From IMG/VR virus record IMGVR_UViG_3300005259_000041: 64,000 nucleotides of DNA, one strand, 5' to 3'. This stretch comes from an uncultured virus (IMG/VR IMGVR_UViG_3300005259_000041). Lineage: Duplodnaviria; Heunggongvirae; Uroviricota; Caudoviricetes. How positions within the stretch are numbered: position 1 is the stretch's first letter; each line of letters starts with the position of its first letter. The translations under genes were made by a program, and so were the position numbers. Below, piece by piece: positions 18,719-29,243 of the stretch. The notes below the pieces were generated by a model, which saw only the letters and a program-made list of their open reading frames with translations, did no database searches and was not told the DNA's origin.

Positions 18719-19525
18719 ATGTCTGAGACGATATTAGGCCAAATTCTTGCGAGTGGGTTTGGACCGGGAGCTGGCTCAGCCGCCCTCCAAGAGGGGACTA
18801 TGTCTCCGTCAATGGGGCATTATTTTAGGGGCGCGGTCGCTCCGACAACTAGCACCACTGCACCGGCATCCCCAGCCTGCCCAGGTACAACAATGACAAG
18901 TGTTACCACGATAAGTCACCCAACCCCCGCTTCAACCAATAAGTATACATCCGGTAGAAGAACGGTATGGGCCTCCGCTACGACAGGCAACGCGACGACG
19001 GGCATTAGATCTTCTATTTTGGATGTATGGCGAGGAAATGCGGCCAGGAGAGGTGGATTTTTATTACATTGTCGTTTTGCTCAAGTTACTAATGTGCCAG
19101 CCACAAGAGCCTTTATAGGTTTGTCATCCCTAACAACGGCGGTAATGGTCTCTGCCGAGCCATCTGCTGCAGCTGCTAGTTTTATAGGTATAGGTTTTAA
19201 CGCAGCCAACTCGAATACTAACTGGAGGGCCATGTGGAAGGATGGCTCGACCTATGGAGACGCTGATATAGCTTCGAACGCAGCAAGGTCAAGCGGTAAT
19301 AATCTTTGGGACCTTTATATTGGAGCCTTCCCAAATGACTCCGGTATTTATATGTATTTGTATGATGTTTATAATTCTGCTGTCGCTCTACCAGAAACGT
19401 TTTACACGACGAATATCCCGTTAAATACAGCTTTTCTAGGTTTTCATTTTGTGGCAGGACCGGCCACCGCCGGCTCGGCGGTATCGCTGGCTCTGTATAG
19501 ATATAGTTTGTGGTCTCCGTGGTGA
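18719..19525 (+). CDS. putative virion tip/receptor-binding protein, paralog 2
   Basis: RRTV, WRGNAARRGGF, MWKDGSTYGDADIAS. Confidence 0.6.
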   Translation: MSETILGQILASGFGPGAGSAALQEGTMSPSMGHYFRGAVAPTTSTTAPASPACPGTTMTSVTTISHPTPASTNKYTSGRRTVWASATTGNATTGIRSSILDVWRGNAARRGGFLLHCRFAQVTNVPATRAFIGLSSLTTAVMVSAEPSAAAASFIGIGFNAANSNTNWRAMWKDGSTYGDADIASNAARSSGNNLWDLYIGAFPNDSGIYMYLYDVYNSAVALPETFYTTNIPLNTAFLGFHFVAGPATAGSAVSLALYRYSLWSPW

Positions 19526-19534
19526 GGGATTGAG

Positions 19535-20362
19535 ATGGCTAGTACTAATATAGAATTAATGATGTCGCATGGGTGGTTGGGCTATGATGTCAGCAAGGCC
19601 GCCCCATCAGCAGTTCAGGGTTATTGGGATATTAGGTCTCAGTGGATGCAACCATTTTTGGGCCAGTCTGGTGGGGGATTTTTTAATGCTACCACTGGCA
19701 CTGGTTTTTCAGCGATTAATGCGGGCGGAACCGCTACTGGTACCGCTGGCACGATATCTACTCCAACACTTGCGAGCACTAATATTTTAACTCAATGTCG
19801 TAGAACAGTAAGCACATCTACGGCAGCAATAAATTCTTCCGCTTCAGTGTTTGGCCCACCGAATCCCGCTAATATTATTTCTTCTACTGCACGATATGGT
19901 GGTTTTGTGCATTGTTATAGATTTGCTAACTCCACCACCGTGGCCACCAATCGATGTTTTGTTGGTCTCTCCAACGTGGGCGACCCAATTGTCTCTGGAA
20001 ATTTAGGCAATAGTGGATATTTCTTTGGGTTTGGGTTTGATTCAGGAGATTTAGTGGCCGATGGGTTTTATTTTATGAGTAACAATAATTCCACGCGTAC
20101 TAAAACTCAGGTAGCGGCCATGTCCCGTACGGCCTCTACTGTATTAGAGGTGTGGATTGGATGTGCTCCAGGCTCCACCACTGTTACAGCTTGGGTGTGG
20201 GATTTGACAAATGACGCGGAGGCATATCCCATTACTTCCACCTCTACTAATGTCCCCACTGACCAGTGGCTTTATTCGACAATGTCTTTAAATACTGGCC
20301 CCAGCAGCACCTCATCTGTCGTAATGAACTGGATAAGATGGGAGACGCTCTGTCCGTGGTAA
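19535..20362 (+). CDS. putative virion tip/receptor-binding protein, paralog 3
   Basis: PTLASTNILTQCRRTV, YGGF, NRCFVGL. Confidence 0.6.
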   Translation: MASTNIELMMSHGWLGYDVSKAAPSAVQGYWDIRSQWMQPFLGQSGGGFFNATTGTGFSAINAGGTATGTAGTISTPTLASTNILTQCRRTVSTSTAAINSSASVFGPPNPANIISSTARYGGFVHCYRFANSTTVATNRCFVGLSNVGDPIVSGNLGNSGYFFGFGFDSGDLVADGFYFMSNNNSTRTKTQVAAMSRTASTVLEVWIGCAPGSTTVTAWVWDLTNDAEAYPITSTSTNVPTDQWLYSTMSLNTGPSSTSSVVMNWIRWETLCPW

Positions 20363-20516
20363 GCATATATTAATAAACATATAATATTATAGCCACCTCT
20401 CGGTGTGCAATGACAGACGGGCCGCAGGTGATAAATTATTCCCAATAACCTATTTGTCTTCATTGGTATAATTTCCCTTACCCCTCTTGGTGTGCCCAAG
20501 CTAGAAAGGAGTTAGT

Positions 20517-21532
20517 ATGAGATGTCCTCTGGGGAATAACGTATCAGATATGATTACTACGCCACTAGGTAATCAGCTATTATTTTCTCTTTACGATGGC
20601 GCTAAGGTTGAAATAATCGGCGCCAAGAAAGCCACTTACACTGTAAGCTTCATAGACGCAGATAATGGTTTTCTTTTCTATAAAACAACTATTCCAACTG
20701 GGCATTGGGCCTCCCCGTCACCGAAGTATTTCATTAGGTGGCATGTGATAGTTGAGGAAGAGGGGGTTGGCATATATGATTATGTTATTGACCTTAAGGA
20801 CAAGAAAATCTGGATAGGCTTAGACAGCGCGTCTCTTGGCGATTCCGTAGCGTGGCTTCCCTATGCAGAGGAATTCAGAAAGAGACACCAATGTAAGGTA
20901 CATGTTTCTACGTTTAGGAACTCTCTTTTCGAGGGCATGTATCCAAATCTCACCTTTAAGTCTACCGATGTTGATAATACCGAGGGCGGGTATTATGCAA
21001 TATATCTGATTGGTGCTTTCGACAATAATTATAGTAGAAACAAGAATAATTGGCGAACTGTTCCATTGCAGCAAGTGGCATCTGATATTTTGGGGTTAAA
21101 ATATACTGAAGTCAGGCCAAGGGTTATGAGATCCGATAAACCCCGCCCCATCTCAGATAAATATGTCTGCATTGCAGAGTTTTCCACCATTCAGAGTAAG
21201 TTCTGGAATTATCCTGGCGGATGGCAGCAAATTGTAGATTATTTAAATTCTTTGGGATTTAAGGTAATGGCTGTTAGTAAAGAGCAATCTTCTCTCTCCA
21301 ATGTTATCTACATGAATGATAAGCCCATTGAGGAAACCATACGCAACATTCAACATGCAGAATTTATGATTACTATTGGCACTGGTCTTGCATGGGTAAC
21401 GTGGGGACTTAACGTTCCCCTGATTCTTATCTCTGGGTTCAGCGACCCCATAAGTGAAATGAAAGATTGTGTGCGCATTCATAATCCTAATGTGTGCCAT
21501 GGGTGCTATAATGATACGAACTTTCCTTTTGA
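20517..21532 (+). CDS. TibC/BAHT-like (GT9-related) protein O-glycosyltransferase; 3' end lost in N-gap, may be fused to next ORF
   Basis: SPKYFIRW, SLGDSVAWLPYAEEFRKRHQC, KFWNYPGGW, TGLAWVTW, LISGFS, VCHGCYND resemble autotransporter heptosyltransferases. Confidence 0.75.
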
Positions 21533-21567
21533 NNNNNNNNNNNNNNNNNNNNNNNNNNNNNNNNNNN

Positions 21568-24500
21568 GCAAAGCGACAATTTGCGACGCATAGCAATGCC
21601 CCTGGTGATGCTAATATTGTGAGGGACGTAGTTGTAAAAGATGAATACAGGTTGGCGGAAATCTCTAGGACTATAACTCCAAATGTCATTGTGGACGTAG
21701 GCGGCCATATTGGCAGCTTTGGCGTTAAGGCCAAATCTATTTGGCCTGAAGCCCGACTCATTGCATTCGAGCCGACGGCTTCCTCCTTCGCACTCTATCA
21801 AGAAAATTTAAAGCGATTTAACTGCGAGGGGTTGGTGCGTCAGGTTGCCATATCTTATGCCAATAAATCTTGCATTGCGGACGACTCTGATTGTTTTGGC
21901 AGCGGCATTTTAATTGACGAAAACGAAATAGATGTAGATGGTAAAATTTTAACGGACGCTAAGGTTTTTTCGGGAAAGAAACACATCATTACCGAGAGAA
22001 ATGTTATCACCAAAACCTTAGAAGACGTCATGTTAGAGCATGATCTAGACAACATAGATTTATTAAAGTTAGATTGTGAGGGTAGTGAAGTAGATATTCT
22101 TAAAAATATGTCTGCTAAAACTGCATCTAAAATCAATTGTATAGTTGGAGAATTTCACTGCTCTGGGGGATTTGAAGAATTTAGGGCTCTTCTGCTTTCT
22201 AAGTTCCCATTGCATCAAGTGTCATTAGTAAAAAGCATGAATGAACACGTAGGTTCTTTCGTGGCACGACCAAGAAAGGCACTTAAAATTAAGCTGGTGC
22301 ATATACTATCTCGCCCAGAGACAACGGTGGAAAGGCGCTCTATAAATAGCCTGTCGCAGCTTAAGCAGTTTGGAATTGAATATGTCCAGCAAGTTAACGG
22401 CTATGAAACAAAGCTACCCGCAATAGAGCCGAAACATCCGACAGGGGTGTGGGGGCAACCATTAAAACCTGGATACTATGGCGTGTGGAAGGCCAACCGC
22501 AGGTCAATCGAAGAGGAGTTTCATGACGATGTAGATTTTCTGGTGACATGCGAGAGGGATGTCACTTTAGCAATTCCTCCCGAAGAATGTTATCAGAAAA
22601 TGCTCAGATGTATGTATGCCGCCCTCGACGCTGGTGTGGACTATCTAAGTTTTGGTTATAAGAATTCGTTTATGCACGCTTATCAGGTTGTCCACTCTAA
22701 GGAGCTGGAAAGTATTAATGATGAGATGTTTATTACTGATCAGATTATCGGCTTACAGTGTATAGCTTTTCCTCGTAGCACGCGGGACTTTTTGTTCCAT
22801 GTTTTTAAAACTGAAAAGTGGTATGCGTCTGATATTTGGTTTAATGAAGTGTTCCGTGCGGCAAACAAAAAATTAGCCATAGTTAGAGAAGCCTGTGTCA
22901 TTCATGATGACGAAGGGGACTCGGTTATAGACCAGGGACACAAGCCAATCATTGGGGCTGTGACTGACAATAGAAATCGTCCCGGGGGATTCATCATTAA
23001 CACTAGGACTGGTGCAGCGGAAAGCGGAGATTTGCATGTCGTGGGAGAAATTTTAACTAAAGATGGCTATGAGTTGGACAATATTAAGCGCATTTTGCCT
23101 ACATGTCCAAAAGCGATAGTGGATGTTGGTGGGCATATTGGTTCTTTTGGTTTAAAGGCTAAGTCTTTATGGCCTTCAGCTAAACTGGTCGCATATGAAC
23201 CAAATGTAGAGTCTTGCGAACTGTACAAACAAAATATGAACAGTAATGCGTTTTCATATTACACTGTGTACAATGAGGCGGTTTCATATGAGCAAGACAA
23301 GACTATCTTAGTCGAAGACGTTACGTCAACGGATGGTGGAGTGCTTACTAATAGGGCACTGTTCAATGAGGCCACCGGTCGCCTGGCATTAGATAGGTTG
23401 AATCCACTTGCGAAGTATCGTGTTGGGCGCAGCAACGTCCCATCGTTAACAATCGAACAGCTAATGAGTAGAGATAATTTAGAGTATATAGACATTCTAA
23501 AGTTAGATTGCGAGGGCAGCGAAATTGAAATCTTGCGTCAAATGCTACCAGAGACAGCTCAAAAAATAGGTCTTATTGTTGGTGAATTTCATTATGCTGG
23601 CGGGTATACTGAGTTCGTCAGTCTTTTGAAACAAAAATTTCCTAACTTCCTAGTCATTCCTCTCACCTCCCCTGGTCCGTGCATTGGGCAGTTTATGGCA
23701 GCTCCCCCAGAAATTATAAACAATATCCATACAGCTAAATCGACAGCCATTAAGACATCCGCCACCCGCGCTTTAGTGACTGGGGGCGCGGGTTTTATTG
23801 GTTCCCATTTAACCGACCATTTAGTCAGGTCTGGATATGAGGTGGCGGTCTTAGATAATTTGTCATCTGAATCGAGTAATATCCAAAATGTAAACGCTAT
23901 GGCTAAGTTTTATCGAGGAGACACCACTTCCAAAAAAGAAGTAGATAATATATTTGATGAGTTTAGGCCGGATATAGTTTTCCATTTGGCCGCTAAAATA
24001 TCTGTACCAGAATCTTTCGTGAATCCGGCTGAAACCACTGAAGTTAACGTAGCTGGCTCTTCAAGGGTTCTTGAGGCATCAAAAAGATGCGGTGTAAAAA
24101 GATTTGTATTTATGTCTTCTGGCGGTGCCCTTTATGGTGAGACAGCTCAGCCTGCCAATGAAGAGGCTCCCACTCGCCCAGTGAGTCCATATGGCGTTAG
24201 TAAACTTTGTTTTGAAAATTTGTTAATGCTTGGCGACAATGGAAGTATGGACGTTGTTATTTTGAGACCATCCAACGTTTATGGTCCCAGGCAGCAATCA
24301 GGAGTCATATCGGTGTTTATGAAGCGGCTTGCAAAGGGCCTTATGCTAGATATGTATGGAGAGGAATCGAATAACTCTGTGCGAGATTATGTTTTTGTGA
24401 GTGATGTTGTTTCTGCGCTGGCCATGTCAATAACTCTATCTCCCGGGATTTATAATGTTTCGACTGGTGCTCAAACCACTATACGCGAGCTGGTTGCTAG

Positions 24501-25626
24501 AGTCTCCTCTAAATTGGGCGCGTCCCCAAAAATTAACATGCTTGCGTCTAGGGGAGATGTTAAAAAAAGCGTATTAGACTCTTCTAAGCTGATGTCTCAC
24601 GGCTGGAAACCAGAGGTGTCTCTACCAGAAGGAATCTCTTTAATGTGCCCAGCTAAAACCAAGGCCCCAGATGAGACAAAGATATTGTTTTTCGCTCCAC
24701 ATTGTAGCACTGGGGGTATGCCGCAGTATATGCTTTGGTGTGTTACAAATGCTATTAGATCTGGGCATTGTGTTGAGGTTGTTGAGTTCAGCGACATCTC
24801 TCCTAGTTTTGTCGTGCAGAAAAACAAAATTAAGCAATTATGTCCATTTCATTCTCTGGGCGCAGATAAGTTGGGAGAGATATCTGATATTATTCGCCGG
24901 TTTAATCCAGATATTATACATTTGCAAGAGGCCCCAGAGATGTGGATGCCAGACTCCATGGCGACATATCTTTTCAGAAAGGACAAGACCTATAAAATTA
25001 TCGAGACGTCTCATACCGCTGGTTTTGACGTGAAGGGCAAAAAATATTTACCAGATATGTTTTCCTTTGCCTCTCAGTATCATCTGAAGCAATATGAACA
25101 TATCTTGAAGCTTGGAATACCATATGTGGTGTCTGAATATATTATAGACCGCAAACCTAGGCCGGATAGGGCTGAGTCCTTACGGGCTTTAGGCTTAGAC
25201 CCCCACAAGAAACACGTTCTTAATGTTGGCTTATTTACTCCGGGTAAAAATCAAGGGCAGATTTTCAGGATTGCTAAAATGTTGCCCGATGTCATGTTTC
25301 ACTTTGTGGGGAATCAAGCAGATAATTTTGCTCATTACTGGCAGCCACTTATGCAGGATAAGCCAGACAACTGTGTCGTGTGGGGCGAACGTAATGATGT
25401 GGATGCTTTTTACTCTGCCATGGATTTATTTTTGTTTACCTCTCTTATTGAACTGAAGCCCATAGTCATCAAAGAGGCTATGGCTTGGGGTATGCCCATA
25501 CTTATGTATAACTTGCCTGAATATGAGGGGTTGTATAATATGTTCCCCAATGTTTCTTTCTTGACAAAGCAGGACGATGAATATGTTTGCGATGCCGTTT
25601 CGCGGGCTATTAATAGTTTTAGTTGA
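21568..25626 (+). CDS. multidomain glycan-modifying protein: FkbM-like methyltransferase x2, GT-like central domain, NAD-dependent epimerase, GT4-like glycosyltransferase
   Basis: VDVGGHIGSF...LKLDCEGSE twice; VTGGAGFIGS and YGVSK; PHCSTGGMPQY...FTSLIELKPIVIKEA; start hidden in N-gap. Confidence 0.85.
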   Translation, partial: AKRQFATHSNAPGDANIVRDVVVKDEYRLAEISRTITPNVIVDVGGHIGSFGVKAKSIWPEARLIAFEPTASSFALYQENLKRFNCEGLVRQVAISYANKSCIADDSDCFGSGILIDENEIDVDGKILTDAKVFSGKKHIITERNVITKTLEDVMLEHDLDNIDLLKLDCEGSEVDILKNMSAKTASKINCIVGEFHCSGGFEEFRALLLSKFPLHQVSLVKSMNEHVGSFVARPRKALKIKLVHILSRPETTVERRSINSLSQLKQFGIEYVQQVNGYETKLPAIEPKHPTGVWGQPLKPGYYGVWKANRRSIEEEFHDDVDFLVTCERDVTLAIPPEECYQKMLRCMYAALDAGVDYLSFGYKNSFMHAYQVVHSKELESINDEMFITDQIIGLQCIAFPRSTRDFLFHVFKTEKWYASDIWFNEVFRAANKKLAIVREACVIHDDEGDSVIDQGHKPIIGAVTDNRNRPGGFIINTRTGAAESGDLHVVGEILTKDGYELDNIKRILPTCPKAIVDVGGHIGSFGLKAKSLWPSAKLVAYEPNVESCELYKQNMNSNAFSYYTVYNEAVSYEQDKTILVEDVTSTDGGVLTNRALFNEATGRLALDRLNPLAKYRVGRSNVPSLTIEQLMSRDNLEYIDILKLDCEGSEIEILRQMLPETAQKIGLIVGEFHYAGGYTEFVSLLKQKFPNFLVIPLTSPGPCIGQFMAAPPEIINNIHTAKSTAIKTSATRALVTGGAGFIGSHLTDHLVRSGYEVAVLDNLSSESSNIQNVNAMAKFYRGDTTSKKEVDNIFDEFRPDIVFHLAAKISVPESFVNPAETTEVNVAGSSRVLEASKRCGVKRFVFMSSGGALYGETAQPANEEAPTRPVSPYGVSKLCFENLLMLGDNGSMDVVILRPSNVYGPRQQSGVISVFMKRLAKGLMLDMYGEESNNSVRDYVFVSDVVSALAMSITLSPGIYNVSTGAQTTIRELVARVSSKLGASPKINMLASRGDVKKSVLDSSKLMSHGWKPEVSLPEGISLMCPAKTKAPDETKILFFAPHCSTGGMPQYMLWCVTNAIRSGHCVEVVEFSDISPSFVVQKNKIKQLCPFHSLGADKLGEISDIIRRFNPDIIHLQEAPEMWMPDSMATYLFRKDKTYKIIETSHTAGFDVKGKKYLPDMFSFASQYHLKQYEHILKLGIPYVVSEYIIDRKPRPDRAESLRALGLDPHKKHVLNVGLFTPGKNQGQIFRIAKMLPDVMFHFVGNQADNFAHYWQPLMQDKPDNCVVWGERNDVDAFYSAMDLFLFTSLIELKPIVIKEAMAWGMPILMYNLPEYEGLYNMFPNVSFLTKQDDEYVCDAVSRAINSFS

Positions 25627-25673
25627 TTTAAGCTATGCTGTGGCTTATTTGAATTTTTACATAGGGGATGTCA

Positions 25674-26115
25674 ATGGCGACTATAGATGATGTTAATACC
25701 TTACTGCTAAGCGTTTATGNNNNNNNNNNNNNNNGGGTACGGTGACGGCTATGGCTCTTATGGAGAAGGTACTGCCTTTTCCCTGTACAAAGAAGTGCTG
25801 CGTATCCAACAGCTATTGCAATTAAACCTCGATGCCCCTGTGAGTTCCCGTGAGCCAGCTCTTAAAGAGCCAGGCCGAGGACCATATTTTATAGCCAGGT
25901 ACATTAAAGATGATACAAACTCCCACAATGCGATTTACAACGCCATTGTGGAGGCGACCTATAGCGGAACCTCTGATGTTATTAGGTCCACTAGAACTAA
26001 TCAGAGCGGTAAGTTTGTTTTGTTCTTTGACGCACAGGATCCAGTAGATATTACAATTACCTCGGACGTTTATCAGGGCACCAAACTATATGGAGTCATC
26101 CCACAGCCATATTAA
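25674..26115 (+). CDS. hypothetical virion protein (N-gap 25720-25734)
   Basis: AGGGG + ATG 25674; C-terminal beta-rich TRTNQSGKF motif. Confidence 0.5.
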
Positions 26116-26126
26116 GCGAGGTTAAA

Positions 26127-26654
26127 ATGGAACCTGGCGATTTTGTGTTTTATGAAACGCATTCTTTTTCTGGGTGGATTATTAAATATATTCAGAGAAA
26201 GCTGTGGGGAGATTTTTGGTATTGTAACATAACACATGTCGCCTTTTGTGTGGGCTCCCCAGACACNNNNNNNNNNNNNNNNNNGGGTAGGGAGATTATT
26301 GCAATCGCTCGGCCAAAATATGTGCAGAGTAATCCACAATTATTGGCGGAAGTTATTGAGCAACAGAAAAATTACGTGGGATTAGTTTATGGTATCCCTC
26401 AAATTTTAGGGCATCTAATCCAGGCTATTCTACTCGGCCTGGGTTTCCACGTAAGAAGAAACCCCATTAGAATGGGGCGAGATTGTGTGGAGGATTCGTA
26501 TTATGCCAACCAAGACCTATGCCGGGCATTTGGCGTACAGAACGGGTTGGCCGAAATCAATGCCAGTAGTTTATTTCCCTGCCAAATGTATAGCCTACTA
26601 GCTAAGTCATGTGGCTGTGTGCCATATAAAGTAACCAAGACTTATAGGAGATAA
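26127..26654 (+). CDS. permuted papain-like NlpC/P60 enzyme (YaeF/YiiX-like)
   Basis: N-terminal PGDFVF, His (THVAF) preceding Cys (DCVE). Confidence 0.6.
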   Translation: MEPGDFVFYETHSFSGWIIKYIQRKLWGDFWYCNITHVAFCVGSPDXXXXXXXGREIIAIARPKYVQSNPQLLAEVIEQQKNYVGLVYGIPQILGHLIQAILLGLGFHVRRNPIRMGRDCVEDSYYANQDLCRAFGVQNGLAEINASSLFPCQMYSLLAKSCGCVPYKVTKTYRR

Positions 26655-26655
26655 C

Positions 26656-27123
26656 ATGTTTTTCTTCGCAGCTGACGATTTAGACATAGTGTTTACATTG
26701 ACTTCTGGGGGCGAGATTATTACCCCGGACCCATATAATGTTGTGGTTTCTATTTACCTGGATGGCATATTGAAAATTATGGGCCGGCCCGTTTTGTCTG
26801 GACAGGTTTATCACTATAGCTTTAGTGTGGCCGATGAAGACATCCTTCCTAAATTATATAACGTATATTCATTCGTTGTGGAAACCTTTGACGCTGGCGC
26901 CTCCTTGATTGCCAACGGCTCTTTCCTAGTCCACGTCTCGGAATATGATAGTTTGGACTCCACAGAGGTTTATTTGTCCAATGAAAATTCTGAGGTCTTC
27001 TTGGCTCCGGTCCCACAGACATATGAAGAGTGTTTGGTCGCACAGCCAGCTAAACCTAAAATCATTTCGCTGGAGACGTTTAAGCAGACGGGCACAGGCT
27101 GTGACTGCTTAACTAGGTCTTAA
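26656..27123 (+). CDS. hypothetical protein
   Basis: Closely packed ORF with AGGAG RBS. Confidence 0.65.
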   Translation: MFFFAADDLDIVFTLTSGGEIITPDPYNVVVSIYLDGILKIMGRPVLSGQVYHYSFSVADEDILPKLYNVYSFVVETFDAGASLIANGSFLVHVSEYDSLDSTEVYLSNENSEVFLAPVPQTYEECLVAQPAKPKIISLETFKQTGTGCDCLTRS

Positions 27124-29231
27124 TGTCTATTAGGCTAACTTTAGATCCGCCAATCAACCCAGAGCTTATCAGGCGAATTCGTATCTATAAAAGTCTTTTT
27201 GTAGATGCTTCTTATTCGTTGGTGGCAGATTTAAATGCTAGGGATGAGAATGGCGATTTTGTTACTACATATGAGGATAGCTGTGGGAATAAGGGCCACT
27301 GGTATAAGGTCGGGTATCTTAGTAACGACTCGGTGGTAGTGGCTGGTTTTAAAATTTATAAAGAATTCAGTAATAGAATTAATCTATTTACCTTTCCCTC
27401 CTTAGCTACAGTCAGCAATGGGCAATCGGTGTATTTGGGGTATGAGACTTCCAGAGAGGAGTTTGAGGCCAAACATGGTACGTTACCAACAACGGCTCTA
27501 TATTATTCCGCACCTACTTTTTTCTCCGCTCCAAACGTTGGGGCGGATTTCACCATTAAAACAGATGCCGACGCCGTGGTCACTGGGGTGATTATAGACG
27601 TCGCTAATCAACCATATCTTTTATTAAACTGGAAGCCGTGCGAGATTGTTTCTGACCCAGTGCGCGCCTGTGCTTCCACTCCAATTAAAATAGAATATTC
27701 TCTCCCAGACGTGCCTAAAGAATGGCAGGTTACAGCGATTCACGTGAAGCGCGCAGACACAATAGATGGTATTTATGACACTATTGCTAAATTAAACAGT
27801 AAAGTCTCCTATCAGAATTGGCAAACTACTTTTGTGGACTTGGGTGGTTCAGACCAATTCTTTTATAAAATCGCATTTGAATTGTCCAGATGGGATACTA
27901 ATACCTGCCAATCTCAGATTGTCATTAGTCCAGACTCAGATCCCATGTCTCCAATTCTCATTGATGGGGTTCGTCTAGTTAAAATAGTATATGCTTCTCC
28001 GGTGATTAACGATCAAAGAACGTCGGAGAGCATTCCTTTTAATACTTATCCATATTGTGGTTATCATAGGTTTTCGCCACACGATGTGTTTATGGGTAGA
28101 TCTGCCTCTCCCTATTCTAGACCCAATGATTTGGCTAGGGGAAGCGATTGCGGAGGAACCAATCTCTTCGGCGGCCCGTTAAGTATTTATGATCAAAACA
28201 TACAGAGGCAGTTGATGTTGCTCCAGGTTACTGGCGAAAGTGTTATTCTGCTTAGAAGAAAGTGGACGGGTTCGGTGTGCAAATGCATGAGCAAGACAGA
28301 AGAGCACCCGATTAAACAGTGTCCATCGTGTTTTGGCACGGGCTTTGTTGGGGGCTTCGATAGGGTGTTCTTTAATGAAGACGCTGATTCCAACCCAGAA
28401 GGACGCTTGCTGCTACGTTTTAGCCCAGCTGTGGACGATTTAAACTTGGGTAAACAGGCCGCTCTAAACGTAATCAATCAGCCAAACGCTTGGACTGTAG
28501 CTCAGCCTATCATTCGAGATAGAGATATTCTAGTCCAATTCGACCCTGTGGATAAAACCCGTGAAATCTGGCGATATGAAGTACTGGATGTCACTAGGAA
28601 CGCTTTCATGGGCGGGGTTGGTGGCGCTCAGGTAATGAGACTACAGCGCTTGGATAGATATAATAATATCGCATATAGCGTTCCACTTGCCGGCACGATG
28701 TACACTGAGAAGTGGGACATGGAAGCGAATCTCCATAATTCATATGGCAATAGGACTGGTGAAAGGGACCAGGCCATTGATGTGGGCGCCGAGGCGACGG
28801 TTCCTAGGTCCCCAGCGGAAGTTGCTGCCTTATTAAATAGCTATAGCTTGAAACTGTGGGCCTTTTTGCGGGCTGGTATTATTCCGTCGCCCACAATGGT
28901 CTCGCAGTTTGTTAAAGACAACCATACTTTGATATTTGCGAGTTTGGGGGACAAGTTAACTTTAATCCCCGTAACTGCAGCGACTATTAATAACTACAGT
29001 TTATTACGGCATGTCAGTGTGGAAATTGAGTCTGAATTAAATAAGGCGCTGACAGTCACGACCAGATATGTCTCCACCCCCACGCCACCAGACTCTACCA
29101 TGTATTTCAGTTTGGCCGCAGGTGAGACAGATACAATTTTAACGGTGGATCGTATGCTAGCCCGAGGCGGCGAATTAAACCTCACTCAATCTGGCTTAGT
29201 TAAATCTTTAGTTATGATTTATTTAGACTAA
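27123..29231 (+). CDS. putative neck/head-completion protein with Zn-finger insertion
   Basis: GESVILLRRKWTGSVCKC...CPSCFGTGFVGGF; structural context. Confidence 0.5.
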   Translation: MSIRLTLDPPINPELIRRIRIYKSLFVDASYSLVADLNARDENGDFVTTYEDSCGNKGHWYKVGYLSNDSVVVAGFKIYKEFSNRINLFTFPSLATVSNGQSVYLGYETSREEFEAKHGTLPTTALYYSAPTFFSAPNVGADFTIKTDADAVVTGVIIDVANQPYLLLNWKPCEIVSDPVRACASTPIKIEYSLPDVPKEWQVTAIHVKRADTIDGIYDTIAKLNSKVSYQNWQTTFVDLGGSDQFFYKIAFELSRWDTNTCQSQIVISPDSDPMSPILIDGVRLVKIVYASPVINDQRTSESIPFNTYPYCGYHRFSPHDVFMGRSASPYSRPNDLARGSDCGGTNLFGGPLSIYDQNIQRQLMLLQVTGESVILLRRKWTGSVCKCMSKTEEHPIKQCPSCFGTGFVGGFDRVFFNEDADSNPEGRLLLRFSPAVDDLNLGKQAALNVINQPNAWTVAQPIIRDRDILVQFDPVDKTREIWRYEVLDVTRNAFMGGVGGAQVMRLQRLDRYNNIAYSVPLAGTMYTEKWDMEANLHNSYGNRTGERDQAIDVGAEATVPRSPAEVAALLNSYSLKLWAFLRAGIIPSPTMVSQFVKDNHTLIFASLGDKLTLIPVTAATINNYSLLRHVSVEIESELNKALTVTTRYVSTPTPPDSTMYFSLAAGETDTILTVDRMLARGGELNLTQSGLVKSLVMIYLD

Positions 29232-29243
29232 CGGAGAGAAATA

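Noticed and set aside
20391..20470. Possible structured leader before the glycosyltransferase
   Set aside because: Only short imperfect stems (CACCT/AGGTG); no recognisable riboswitch motif
7009..26283. Frame changes at 7009-7020, 8628-8642, 11705-11724, 21533-21567 and 25720-25734
   Set aside because: Coincide with N-gaps of uncertain length, so scaffolding artefacts rather than biological frameshifts
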